Shown piece by piece: positions 37,550-49,889 of a stretch of 64,000 bases of DNA. A program made the position numbers and the translations under genes. The notes below the pieces were generated by a model that was given only the letters and a program-made list of their open reading frames with translations, searched no databases and was not told the origin of the DNA. The DNA is taken from the NCBI RefSeq assembly GCF_963921235.1, contig NC_086108.1, positions 72,726,001-72,790,000 on the forward strand. The letters run 5' to 3'. Every line of letters starts with the position of its first letter. The stretch's first letter is position 1. Source of the DNA: Mobula hypostoma. Taxonomy: Eukaryota.

Positions 37550-38850
37550 AAAATGGAACATAATTATAAAAGGAGGCCAAAAATAGGGGAGGGAATCAAG
37601 AATTGTATGCATCTGCTCTGCATGGACATTGATATTACAATCCAACATAGTTTCCCCATCAAACCTAAGGCATGGTTGCTCACTCTCTCCTGTCTTGTCA
37701 GTGTGCCAAATAGAACTCTTTGCAAAGTGCATCAGGATGGATGCAGCCATAATAGCGACATGCCAAACAGTGGGGGCTGCCTCCACGTGGATAATGTCAC
37801 TCTCATTTTGGAGAGCACATTCATCATGTATGTGTGCGATATTTTGCCAAAGGCCTTCTCCTCATTCGAGCTGTCCAAGCAGGTTCACTGTCCTGCACAT
37901 ATGCAATGGTTTCCCTGAGCAGTGCAAGGCCGTCAGACATTATCTTGCTGGGTATAGAGCAGGTTTGGACCAGCATGATCACCTCTCCAAGAACAGAATT
38001 GAACATATTGATAATGATAAACGAGAAAACCTGCAGATGCTGGAACCCCAAGCAACACACACAGAATGCTGGAGGAATTCAGCAGGCCAGGCAGCATCTA
38101 TGGAAAAGAATATTGTTGATGTTTCGGGCCGAGACCCTTCGCCAGGACATATTGATGATGACCTTGAACAGGGCCTTGTAAACAACATTCAACAATGATA
38201 TATACCTGGGTCCACCCAATCCCACAGACCCGAGTACAACCCAGCCAGTAAGCCATTGTTTCTGAGAAGTTTTATTACATTCCAGGATATGATGGAGCCC
38301 AGTTCCTCTAAAGTCAGTTGCTGGTCCAGACTCTCCTGCTTGCTGTCATTCTAAATCTCCCTGTAAGAGGATAGGAAGTTTCAGGAGGTGTGTCGCTATG
38401 GCCTTTCTATGTGCAGACTGGCATAGAAGAAATCGCAGATCGTCAGTACGTCCATCTATTTGGATGCTACTGAGTCACCTTCTTCATAAAGGCTGTAGAT
38501 TACAGTGCTCCCCTGCTGATTGGACAATGACTTGGAGGGTTCCAAGGCAAAGAATAAGGCTTGCTGGCTCCTCACACTCTCACATTCACCATTACCCTGC
38601 CTCCGTGACTGCAGAAGTAAAAGATTTTGCAAGTATATCCAGAGTTGGCGCAATCTTTTCGATCTTGTTTTCTGAGCTGCTAAGTCAAGGAGGCAGATAT
38701 AGCTAGTTGTAGTGATAGTATAAGCCTTCAATGTGAATGCTTGTTTGCTGTTTTTTTAAATTACAAATGCTGTCCTCTTGGGTCACCTGGGAAACGCCAA
38801 TGAAAACGATCCTATTGTTCTGCTATCCACAATGTGAAATAAGAGCAGGA
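37550..38850. mobile_element. Highly decayed Tx1/L1-like RT pieces, with a minus-strand Penelope pLTR at about 38018-38150
   Basis: LRHGCSLSPVLSVCQIELFAKCIR on +; LDQQLTLEEL on -. Confidence 0.5.
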
Positions 38851-40489
38851 AACAAAAATCATGTTTACTCTCATTCTGGAGCTCTTCAAGTTCAACATGA
38901 TTTAACTTTTGATTGAACCAGTCACACATTATACTGAATTTACAAATTACACTATTCCTTCAAAGGTGGGCAACATATGCTGTGGACATCATGGCAATGC
39001 AAAGTGTTCAAGCAGAATTATGTTCTATCTGAGCTTCTGGTAGTGGTTTTTCAGGCACCAAAATATGATGTGCCAATTGGAGAAGGCTACTTCTGATGGG
39101 TAACTGGAAGTTAGATAATGGAAACACTCACACCTGGCTGGCATATCTAAAAAAAATGTTGCTGTTGCAGGTCCACGCAAACCTCCTACAACTATTGACA
39201 AAGGTAGTTGGTTCCAAGTAGAAATAATAATACTGAACAAGTTTGCAAAACGTACCCTTCCTTGTAAATTCTGTGAAAATGGAAATAACAGCCAGAATCA
39301 CAAAACTGCTTCTGGAAATACAAATACTATAAAGCTAGCTAGGAAAGTGCATCACAATAAGAAGTGGTTTATTAGCGATTAAAAATGAGCTTTACTTGTT
39401 ACAGGTACATTGAAACATACAGTGAAATGTGTTTGTTGCTTGAAATCAAATCAGTGAGTATTGTGCTGGGCGGTCCGCAAAAATGTTGCCACATTTCCGA
39501 TGTCAACATACAATAGCATGCCCACAGCTCACTAACCCGAAATGTACATTTGACATAAAAAAAGTGAAATGATCAGGTAGTGACTTGTTTCAGCCAGCTT
39601 GCTGTCAGGAAACCAGGCTCCTATGACTTAGAACACTCACAACCCACTTCCTGATGGAGGCAAATCACAAAATGGTTAAAGCGTGGAAGGAAGCAAGTTT
39701 AGGTACGAAGTCCATATTGGCTCAATGCAAATATGTCCCCCTTCTCACTCCACAATAGATCAGAATTATTTATTTTTCCCTGCAGATGCATTTCCAGCTC
39801 TCTTTTCAATGCTACAATCAAATCTGCCTCCAGTCCAGAGCACAAACTGCTCCTATCTCTACATTAGCTGAACTATAAGATTAGGTTCCCTTTTTAAGGA
39901 AAGCATATCAATTCTACTTTTCTGTAAATAGAACTGTTCAAATGTTCTAAAGCTGGAATAAGTCATACTGTTGTAGCAAAGCTCTTCTCTGCATCTTGCC
40001 TGTGTTGTAATTGACCTGGGGTGCTTGACCTGAATTCTAGAAGTAGAAGACATTTCCATTCTGCCATTGGTAACCCTGGTGAGCAGAATAATTTATTGAA
40101 AGTCAACAGTTCATACAAGACAGAAGTTCCCATTTAATATACTTGTTCCAAAATATATTACATAACCAAGATTAGCCATAGTGTTTATTCTATTCATTAT
40201 CTGTTCTTTTAAAGTATCTTCTTCTCCAAATATTAGACTAATATCCCTTTGACATTGAAACTGATCTGTCGTTACTCAGTTTGACAGTGCATGGAAGATA
40301 AATTACATAATTTTGTAAAATTAAAGTACATTTACAAGAACGACTGTGACAAAACTGGCAATACCATCAAACTCTCACACATCCAGTTAAATATAGATTG
40401 CCTTACTGAGCAGTTCAAAAACACTGTCCCAGGGGAAAGAGTGCAAATAGGCTATAAGATTCAATAGTTTCATAATCATCCTTCTCTTC

Positions 40490-41480
40490 ATCTCTGCCTT
40501 TTTGGGATGTCTCTTAAGATCAAGCATGGCTCATTTCCTACAGTGCTGTAGGTTCTGGGGTGACTGATGAGGTCAGTGTGGGATCTGCAGATTCTACCAC
40601 AGTTGGGGCAGTGGGAGGGGGGTGGCGTGGTAAGATGTATAGTTTGTGAGATGATGTATTCCTTCCAGTATTTATGATGAGCTTCTGTATATTTCCAAGG
40701 GCATGGAATCACAGAAGTTGGTGGCAGTTTTGAGACCATCCTTGAGTATTTTCCCCTCTCCACCCAGTAATCTCTTGCAGCGGAAGAGTAGCAGGAAAGC
40801 ACTGTGTTTTAATGGAGACTCGGAATTTTCATGGTGAGGGCTGGATACTGACAACAGGAGAGACTAGTTCAGTAATGTAAGTTGTTTAAGAGCTGTCGTG
40901 TGATTCCACACATCCTCAGCTCCGAAAGGTGATTTGAACCGTAATGTGTTCTTCCTCATCTGTGGGCAATTCCTTCATGTCATTTCAACTCCTTAACAAA
41001 TATTCCATTTAATATGTTTTGGGAAAGTGTGTCCAGCCATCAATAGTTCAATACTCTCTGAGGCAGAGTGTGCAACAATATACAGTACCCTGCTTCTGGT
41101 TAATTTATATATTTTTTTTCCAACGGACTTTTCATTACTGCTTTGGTCTAAAAGACTGCCTGCAAGCACTGTCCCCTTACCTCCCTTTAGGCCATTTCTG
41201 CTGTTGTGAACTGCAGTTTGCATATGTTGGAAAATGTCTGTTGACAGCCCTCAACACTGACAGATTGCTGCGAACTCTAATGAATCCTCATGGCAGCTTT
41301 TGTTAGCTCACTCCTCAGATGCCAAAATGAAAGCCCTAAAACCTATTCCAGCTAATCCCTTGTGCAAGCATTCCCTGAAAGGAAAGTGCTCTGATAACAC
41401 CACAGTGACACTGAAAGATGGGTTTATTGCATCGTGCTTCAACCACCACCTTGTGATTGAGATGCTAAACACAGAAGATA
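40490..41480 (-). mobile_element. Decayed RTE-clade LINE
   Basis: C-terminal motif CPNCGRICRSHTDLISHPRT, typical of RTE/BovB-type ORF ends. Confidence 0.6.
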
Positions 41481-43964
41481 AAGGGCTCACATAAAGATGA
41501 TAAAAATTAAGGACCAGAAAATTAAAAAGGCTATAAATACTGCAGGGATGAAGAATGATGTCACCTCATTTGCATGATCTGTAATTTCAAGCGACTTGCT
41601 CCTGAAGCTCTTGTATTGTGCAGCAGAGGGGAAAGAAAATCAATAGAATCAGTCAATGTGTAGAAACATTGATAAAAAATTACCGTTGAATGCTTTATCT
41701 GATGCAGCTCAGAGCAAAAAGCTAAAGGGATGAGTGAAGATACATTGAAGAACAGGTCAAAAAAATGAGTTGAGATGCCGTTTCTTACCAGTCTTGCATA
41801 TTTCTATGAATATAGTTTTGATTTTTTTTCCAGGTTATCCTCCAAAAAAAAATCCATTAGAAAACGGAGAAAAAGAATTGTGATGTGCCATTGACCGTTG
41901 GAGATGGCATCAATAGTAGCAGCTAATAATGTGCTAAGCTTTTGATACCACCATATATTTGTCAGATAAGCATGCACCCTGTATTCTGGAGACATATTGA
42001 GATGCTTTTTCCCTCTCTTTTTGAAGCATAAGCACACCAATTGTACTGAAAATAGGAAAATAGGCAGGAAGTAGTATGCTCTCTGAATGCAGTCATTTTA
42101 ATGTGCACAAATATTTAGTGTGTATGTGGCTCTGTGACCTCAATCTGCCACAGAGACTGAGAAATTTGAACATAATTGTACACACTTTTTCAAGTAGCCA
42201 GCACACAAGTGGCCTGATAAAGTGCCAAGAGCACTGGCGAACCATGGGATCATTCCGCCATTTCCCACTTATCCAGATCTCCTTCATGGCTGTTCTTTCA
42301 TGGAGTCCTAGCATTGGTCATGAAGTGCTTCCTTCACTGACAACCTGCCACACAATCTTATATTGGAGGGAGTTGGGAGTTGGTGCTGAATATGCACTTG
42401 CATATTCTGTACCAACCCCTGCCACTCACACCCCTGTATGTGGCACAATAAGACCTAGGAAAAAAAGTAAGGTATTTTCTAACAGAAATTTACTGTTAGC
42501 ATAGTACAGATTGTGGAGAGAGGGTGGGGTAGAGCAATTGCCTTTATGCAGCATATTATGCTCCTCTGTTCACTTTTTTTAGCTTTGAAGAAGGGCCCTT
42601 GACTCAAAATGTCATCTGCTTCACTCTCCACTAGTGAGACCCGGCCTGCTGTGAGCTTCCCGCATCCTCTGCATTTGTTTCGGATTTTCAGCAGCTGTGG
42701 TTTTTTATTCTCTGACTAATCATCAGTGCCATCAGATGTAACGCCTTCCAACATGCAAAAAATACTCATTTTATCATGAAACATAATAATTCCAACAACA
42801 TTGAAAATACCCACATGATCCTCCCAGAAAATCCCAACAAGTACTGAGAATAATGCAAATTAGTATCATAAAATAAAATGAAATGAATAGTTTTTCTGTT
42901 GTGTTTGTCGATTGCTACCTCATTCATTTCAGGGCTTTATCTCGTTTCAAGATGAAGAAAAATTTAGTCAGGAAGCTGAAACCTTCTCAATGACTTCCAT
43001 GAATCATAGAAGACAGATATAAGGCAGGAAGCCAAATAGTAATCCTTATCAGGCCAATAAATATCGTAAACATAGCATCAAATTTTGAGGTCAGAGTTCC
43101 ATTTCCCAGCCATATATAAAATTTGTAAAAGGTACTAAGACAAATTGCAGGGATAGAACTATAAAAAGCGTCTCTTATTAAAGGTACTCAACTCTGAATG
43201 AAATACAACATTCCAAATCACATTACATGATACGTTCAACTCTTAAAAGCACGGCAATATATGTATATCATATTATGTGGTTGTAACTCCTAACTACAAT
43301 TATATAACCAATTAATCATTGACACTTATGAAATTATGCAATCTCTAATTATTGACAAATTATTAATATACACTCCTATAAATGTAACCAATAACACATT
43401 CACCCTGTTCTTTAGACTTTTAGATTTTTCATCTGCAAGTTAATATCATCTTCAGCAAGAATATGGCCTCTGCCTGACTCCATTAAAATGGCCTGACCAC
43501 AGCATCATTTTCCAAGACTTCTGCCCTATTTGTGGACTCTTGAAATGAGATAGACAAGGTCCTAGAACACCAGTGAACATATCGAGTACAGTCTTTTCAT
43601 TATGTCCTTCATACCTAAGAAGAATCTAGTTAAGCCATGGAGAATTCCAGAAGGTTACTCTCCAGAAATATTTTATTGGCGAATGTCTCATCTTGTTTTG
43701 CATTTGCTACCTATATATAATTGTTTCATGACAATACATGTATCAGCAATTCTAAACAAAAAATGTTGATCTAACATGAGCTTAATAATTCTATGCTTTC
43801 AGTTACATTTAATTTGCCTCATTACTTGATACCATGTAATCAATCAGTATAATTTCTATTTTAGTTTCTCCTTAATCTCACTATTTTGTGCCTTTGTTTT
43901 CACTTTGATGTCCTGCAGATATTTGGCCTACTTTTCCTCTTCTCTTCTTTAGAAGTCACAAAGC

Positions 43965-45990
43965 CCATAAGACCATAAACCGAGGAGCAAAATTAGGCCA
44001 TTCAGCCCATCGACTCTGCTCCACCATTCCATCATGGCTGATCCTGGATCCCACTCAAACCCATACATCTACCTTCTCGCCATATCCTTTGATGCCCTGA
44101 CCGATCAGGAGCTATCAACTTCCACCTTCAATATACCCACATACTTGTCCTCCACCACATTCTATGGCTGAGCATTCCATAGATCTCTGCACTCTGGATA
44201 AAAGTTTCTTCCTTATCTTGGTTCTAAAAGGTTGCCATCTCAGTTTTGAGGCTGTGCCCTCTAGTTCTGGATACCCCCACCAGAGGAAACATCCTCTCCA
44301 ATGCATCCCCTCTTTCAGCCATGACTCAGTGATGCCCATAATATCATACCGACCAATCTGTAATTGCAGCACAAGTTCATCCACCTTATTCTGAATGCTA
44401 CATGCATTTAAATACAGCACCTTCAGTCCTCTGGATTTTGCCTCTATGGTACAATTTAACTGTGCTCTGTCTGCATTTGTATCCAACCATTGGCTTGTCC
44501 TTCCTTACATTCATGTAACATCCATCATCTACTTGTAAACCTGCTGGCTTATCCTCAGCTCTCTTGTACTGGTTCCCATCCTCCTGCCATATTAGTTTAA
44601 ACCAATTCCAACAGTTCCAGTAAACCTGCCCGCAAGAATATTGGTCCCCCTCGGATTCAAGTACAACCCTTCCCTTTTGTACAGGTCACACCTGCCCCAG
44701 AAGAGGTCCCAATTATGCAGAAATCTGAATCCCTTCCGCCTGCTCGATTCTTCAGCCACACATTTATTTGCCACCTCATTCAATTCCTATCCTCACAGCT
44801 GCATGGCACAGGCAGCAGTCCTGAGATTACTACCCTTGAGGTCCTGCTTCTCAGCTTCCTTCCTATCTCCCCGTATTCTTTTTTCCGGAGCTCCTCCCTT
44901 TTTTTAATCTATGTTGTTGGTACCAATATGTACCATGGCTTCTGGCTGCTCACCTTCCCTTTTCAGGATATTGTGAATACGTTCAGAAGCATTGCGGATC
45001 CTGGCACCTGGGAGGCAAACTACCATCCATGTTTCCTTTTTGCACCCACAGAATTGCCTACCTGTCCTCCTGACTATAGATTCCCTTATTACTGCTGCCC
45101 TCCTCTTCAGTTCCCTACCCTTCTGAGCCACCGGGTCAGACTCAGTGCCAGAGGCACAGTCACTGTTGCTTCCCCCAGGTAGGTTGTCCCCTGCAACAGT
45201 ACTCAAAATTAAGTATCTGACTTTCACCATCTGACGTTTTCCCTTCCCCCTCCTGACAGTCACTCATTTATCTGTCTCCTGTAGCGTTGGGGTGATGACC
45301 TTCCTGTAGCTTCTGCCCGTCACTGCTTCACTTTCTCTAGCAAGCTGAAGGTCATCAAGCTGCAGCTCCAGTACCCTAAAACGGTCTCTAAGGAGCTACA
45401 TCTCAATGCACCCGGTGCAGATGTGGCCATCGGGGAGACTGGAAGTCTCCTGGAAAGCCCATATCTGACACCCAGAACAGAACACTGACTCTGTAGACAT
45501 ACCCCCTACTCTCTCAAGAGATAATTCAGAAAAAAAAGAAATAAGGAATGAACTTACCTACTAGTTGGGCACAGGAGTACATTCAGCCGGAGATTCATTC
45601 CACCGAGATGCAACACAGAGCATCATAGGAAGTCATTCCTGCCTGTGGCCATCAAACTTTACAACTCCTCCCTTGGAGGGTCAGACACCGTGAGCCAATA
45701 GGCTGGTCCTGGACTTATTTCCTGGCATAATTTACATATTACTACTTAACTATTTATGGTTTTATTACTATTTATTATTTATGGTGCAACTTTAACGAAA
45801 ACCAATTTTCCCCGGGATCAATAAAGTATGACTATGACTATGACTACTTACCTTGCCTCTGCCTGTTCTTGCTGAAGCCTGTTGAGCCAAAGCCTTACTA
45901 CTCTGACTCAGACTACTCCAAGCTGACTGCTCCACAAAGTGGGTCTCCTCCTTCATGAAGACTGGCTTTTTAAAGCTTTTCACCTGACCT
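43965..45990 (-). mobile_element. Internally deleted CR1: 5' UTR, ORF1 (SGNH esterase), APE start, then directly the 3' end
   Basis: VIRESIVR, VCLPGARI, VHIGTNNI, LYLNPRGTNILAGR; LKVLYLNACSIQNK...IMGITESWL joined to the CR1 3' end at about 44300. Confidence 0.85.
45560..45845 (+). mobile_element. Short Rex/Babar-like 3' end with (ATGACT)n tail
   Basis: TSD ACTTACCT at 45552-45559 and 45846-45853. Confidence 0.75.
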
Positions 45991-47327
45991 GTGCAGAAAC
46001 ACTTCTGTTGCATCTACGCAAAGTCCAATCAACGACTCCCTTGGAAAAAATTCCTGCTTTTAAAAACTCTTCACCAGACTTGCGTGGGAACACCTCTGTT
46101 GTGTCTGTGCAGTACTCCAAGTCACCTTTCTGAATGTAAGAGAATGAGGAGCAGCATAAGAGAAATGTTTAAATTATGAGAAACAAACAAAAGTTGGATG
46201 GTAACAGTCTTTATGCCAGGGTAGGGGATCCCAAAATCAAGAGGCAGAGATCTGGTGTGAGAGGGAAAAGATTTAAAAGGCATCAAAAGGCAACATTTTC
46301 ATGCAGAGGATGGTGACTGTATGAAACAAGCTGCCAAGGAAAGTGGTTGAGGTATGTACAATAGTATCATTTAAGGTACATGTAGCAGCAGGGTTCAAGG
46401 GAATATGGACTGTACAAAGGAATTTGTAGCTCGCTTTGTGGTATCATGCTCAGCATTGACTGGTTGGGATGAAAGACCTCTATCAGTGCTACATTGCTCT
46501 ATGACTCAATATTGTAAACATTCTTTGAAGCATCCAATTAAGTGCGATCTTCGACATGAAACATTAATTATCTTTCTCTATCCAAGTGTGTTGCTGAGTA
46601 TTTTGAGCGTGTTTCTTTTTGTTGTTTATTTGTCTGTTTTTATTTCAAATGTCCAGTATCTCCATTTTTCCTTTTGATTTTCATTTTAGTCTATTCAGTT
46701 ACTTTGTAGCTACATATAAAAAGCTCTATTGACAAAATCACACACAAAATTCTGGAGGAACTCAGCAGGTCAGGCAGAATCTATGGAAATGAACAAACAG
46801 TTGACATTTTGTGTCAACACTAGACACATTTCTCCAGAATTCCCTCAGATTCATCTTACCCACCTCTTTTCATCTGTACTGGATTGAATTGGAATTAAAG
46901 TGTTGAGCCTTTTCTTTTATCTGTAATTCCATGGTAAATGCTTGCCATTTACTTCAATTCCATAGCTATTAAAATACTAAGTCACCCTTCAATGAGCCTT
47001 TGATCTGTGCAATTGATAATAAACAGTCCTTCACTCTGAACCATCTGACCATGGTCTAAGTCACAGCTCCAGCTCCAACATCTTGGGTTCAATCCTGCTG
47101 GTGAGGAGTTTCCACTTCCTCCCTGTTCCTGCATGGGTTTCTTCACACATTATAATGCAATGCGTGCTCCATACATTCTCTTCATCTCATGCAAAGTTGA
47201 TATTGTTGACTTGCATTCCAGATACACCCTAGGGGATATCACATTTCTGTTTAACTCAACTCCAAGCACCATACTGCTCAATATTTTCTCAATCTCTGTT
47301 ACATGCGAATTCTCTCTGCAGAATCTA

Positions 47328-47424
47328 TCTTCTGACGAAGGGCCTCGGCCTGAAGCGTCGACTGTACCTCTTCCTAGAGATGCTGCCTGGCCTGCTGCGT
47401 TCACCAGCAACTTTTATGTGTGTT
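47328..47424 (+). mobile_element. 97-bp Penelope pLTR mini-insertion starting at the hammerhead core
   Basis: CTGACGAAGGGCCTCGGCCTGAAGCGTCGACTG...; TSD GAATCTA at 47321-47327 and 47425-47431. Confidence 0.75.
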
Positions 47425-49889
47425 GAATCTACAAACTCTTCTGATAGCTTTACCTTGATCACACCTATTTTCGCTGTATCCTCATTCCAATTTGTACCTG
47501 CATCATAGTGATGTCCTTTCCTATCACTGTTTCATTGGTGCTATTGACTGCAATTCTATATGTCAGTGTTTCTAAAGTATAGTCTTCTTGCCAGCTCTGA
47601 AGACCACCTCAGCTCTGATTAGTTTGGGGCCATGAATAATGTAGGAGGTACTAATGCATCCAAAAGCATGAATGGCTCCTGGATCCCTTCACTGATCCTT
47701 TCCAAATGCAGAGTGCTTGAACCTGAATGATTCAGTCACCCATAATTCTTTGGTGCATGCAAAAGGACCATCTGCTTTCACTGGCAACTTGTATCTCCTC
47801 CGTTATTCAATGAATCCCTCCACGACAATGGTCCAACAGAATTTTGCAGACACTGCCATGAAATGAAATTTGATTATTTTCAATAAAGGATGTTTGGTTG
47901 GTAGCTCAGCTCAATTATGTGTTTTAGTCTGCAGTCACAATATCTAGTGTGTGGTTACTGCAAACAGGTCATGCCAGATGGACATGATTAAATTCCTTAA
48001 GGAGGTGATTAAAGTTATGTTTGGAAGAATGTCAACTAATGTTATTTACGTTGACTTCCAGAAGGAATATGATCCATTTGTCAAAGTTGACTCTCGTGGG
48101 AATGCAAGCAAACTATTGTTGAGGCAAGCAAAAAGCCCAGTGTCAGAAGGAAAATAGCTCTGATTTGAAGGATGGACTCCAGCATTGTGCACATGCATGA
48201 TTTCCTGGGATAGAGGTCAGCAAGTGAATCATATATTGCATTTTAATAAGCAGCAAGGCAGAAACAGTCCATTATAGAACAACGTCCATCACAGACTCAA
48301 TTCAATTCAATTCAAGTTTAATTATCATTCAACCAAACATGAATACTCATGAATACAGCCAACCAAGACAGTGTTACTACGGGGCCAAGGTGCAAAACAC
48401 TGTACTAACAGTCACACACAGCACAAAGCACACATAGCACATCACAGATAGCAAGCACATAGAGGTATCAGTATGAGACAGCCAGCCACACAATAAAGGA
48501 GTCCAAACTCACGCTAGCAGTGCCGCAGAAATTTGCAGTTGATTGCAATATAGTTTGTCTTCTGCCGAGCGGACAGCACCATCTCCAGCTCGGATACTGC
48601 AACACAGCGCCCCCAGTGGAGCACCCTGGCTCCAACACCTCTCTCCTGGTGACTGTAAACAAGCAACACCGTGGCTTGAGGCCTAGTGCTCGCTGTGACC
48701 AAGGCCACGCAGATCTCCTGCCATCCACCCCGCTCTCTACCAATAAATCAGTGACTCAGACTTGCGGCATTCCACACTGACAGTGTCCAAAAGGGTCTTG
48801 CAATCACAAGAAAAGTGACCAAGACAGTCACTCGCTTTTAGACTGTACGCCTCCTTCAACTCGAGCAGCTGCACGATGTGCAGATCCTTCATTTTCTCCT
48901 CCAACGAGTAGCTCGCTGATGGTGTAGACATGCAGTACTTTAAGTTTTTAATGTATAGCAGGATCTTGTGATCATTAAAAATACTTTTAAATAGGACAGT
49001 ATCACCCTTTGTTGACTTTGTGGAAGCCGCTGTAACCAAATGCATCTCCATCTTACTGGAAGACTGTGTGACATCTCACCTACTGACATCCGTGCAGAGT
49101 TCTCTCCATTTTTATAAATAACCCTAGATGGGTAAGAAATCCTATTCCTGTTCATTAAAGATGTAGAGAAAGTAAAATGAAAACAATATTCATGGGAATA
49201 TTAAACTATGAAGTTGCTTAATAGATTAAGAGGGTAGCCAAATTTGGAGAAAGCAGATTCCAATGCATGCAAAATTAGAGCAAACAGATTTCAATGTAAG
49301 GTCATTAATTTGAACATTAAAAAATAAACCTATGACTAAATATCATGAACAGCTGGAAGCTGTGGAAATCAATGTGCATAGCTCCTAAAATGTCATGGAC
49401 TAAATCAGGAAGTAATCAAGTCAAATAGAATTTATTGGACTGGACTACAAGAGCTGAGATATGCCACAGCTATCTGAAGCCCAGTTTGACCACGTCTGGA
49501 GTATCTGCACATCTGGCTACCACAGCCCTCGGTTAAAATATGCCAGGGAGGGAGCGAGTGCAGTGTGGATATACAGGAATGATGCGTGGAGTTCAGGGTA
49601 GGGATCGGGTTTAGAAAAGGTTATACAAACTATTGTCCAATCTTGAATGTTGAAATTTAGAATGAATAAATTAAAATATTTAAGGAATAAAGGAATATTG
49701 TTAGGGTAGGTAAAATGGAAAAGTTAATATCATCAAGAGAATATTGGACTAGAGGACATTATCTGTAAATTAAAGAAGAGTTTTCAGGATTAAGCAAGAA
49801 AATACTTTCCCATGTAGAGAGTGCTAGAAATTCAGAATGATCTTCCACAAATAGCAATTGAAGCCAGATCAAATGGCAGAACAAAGAAC

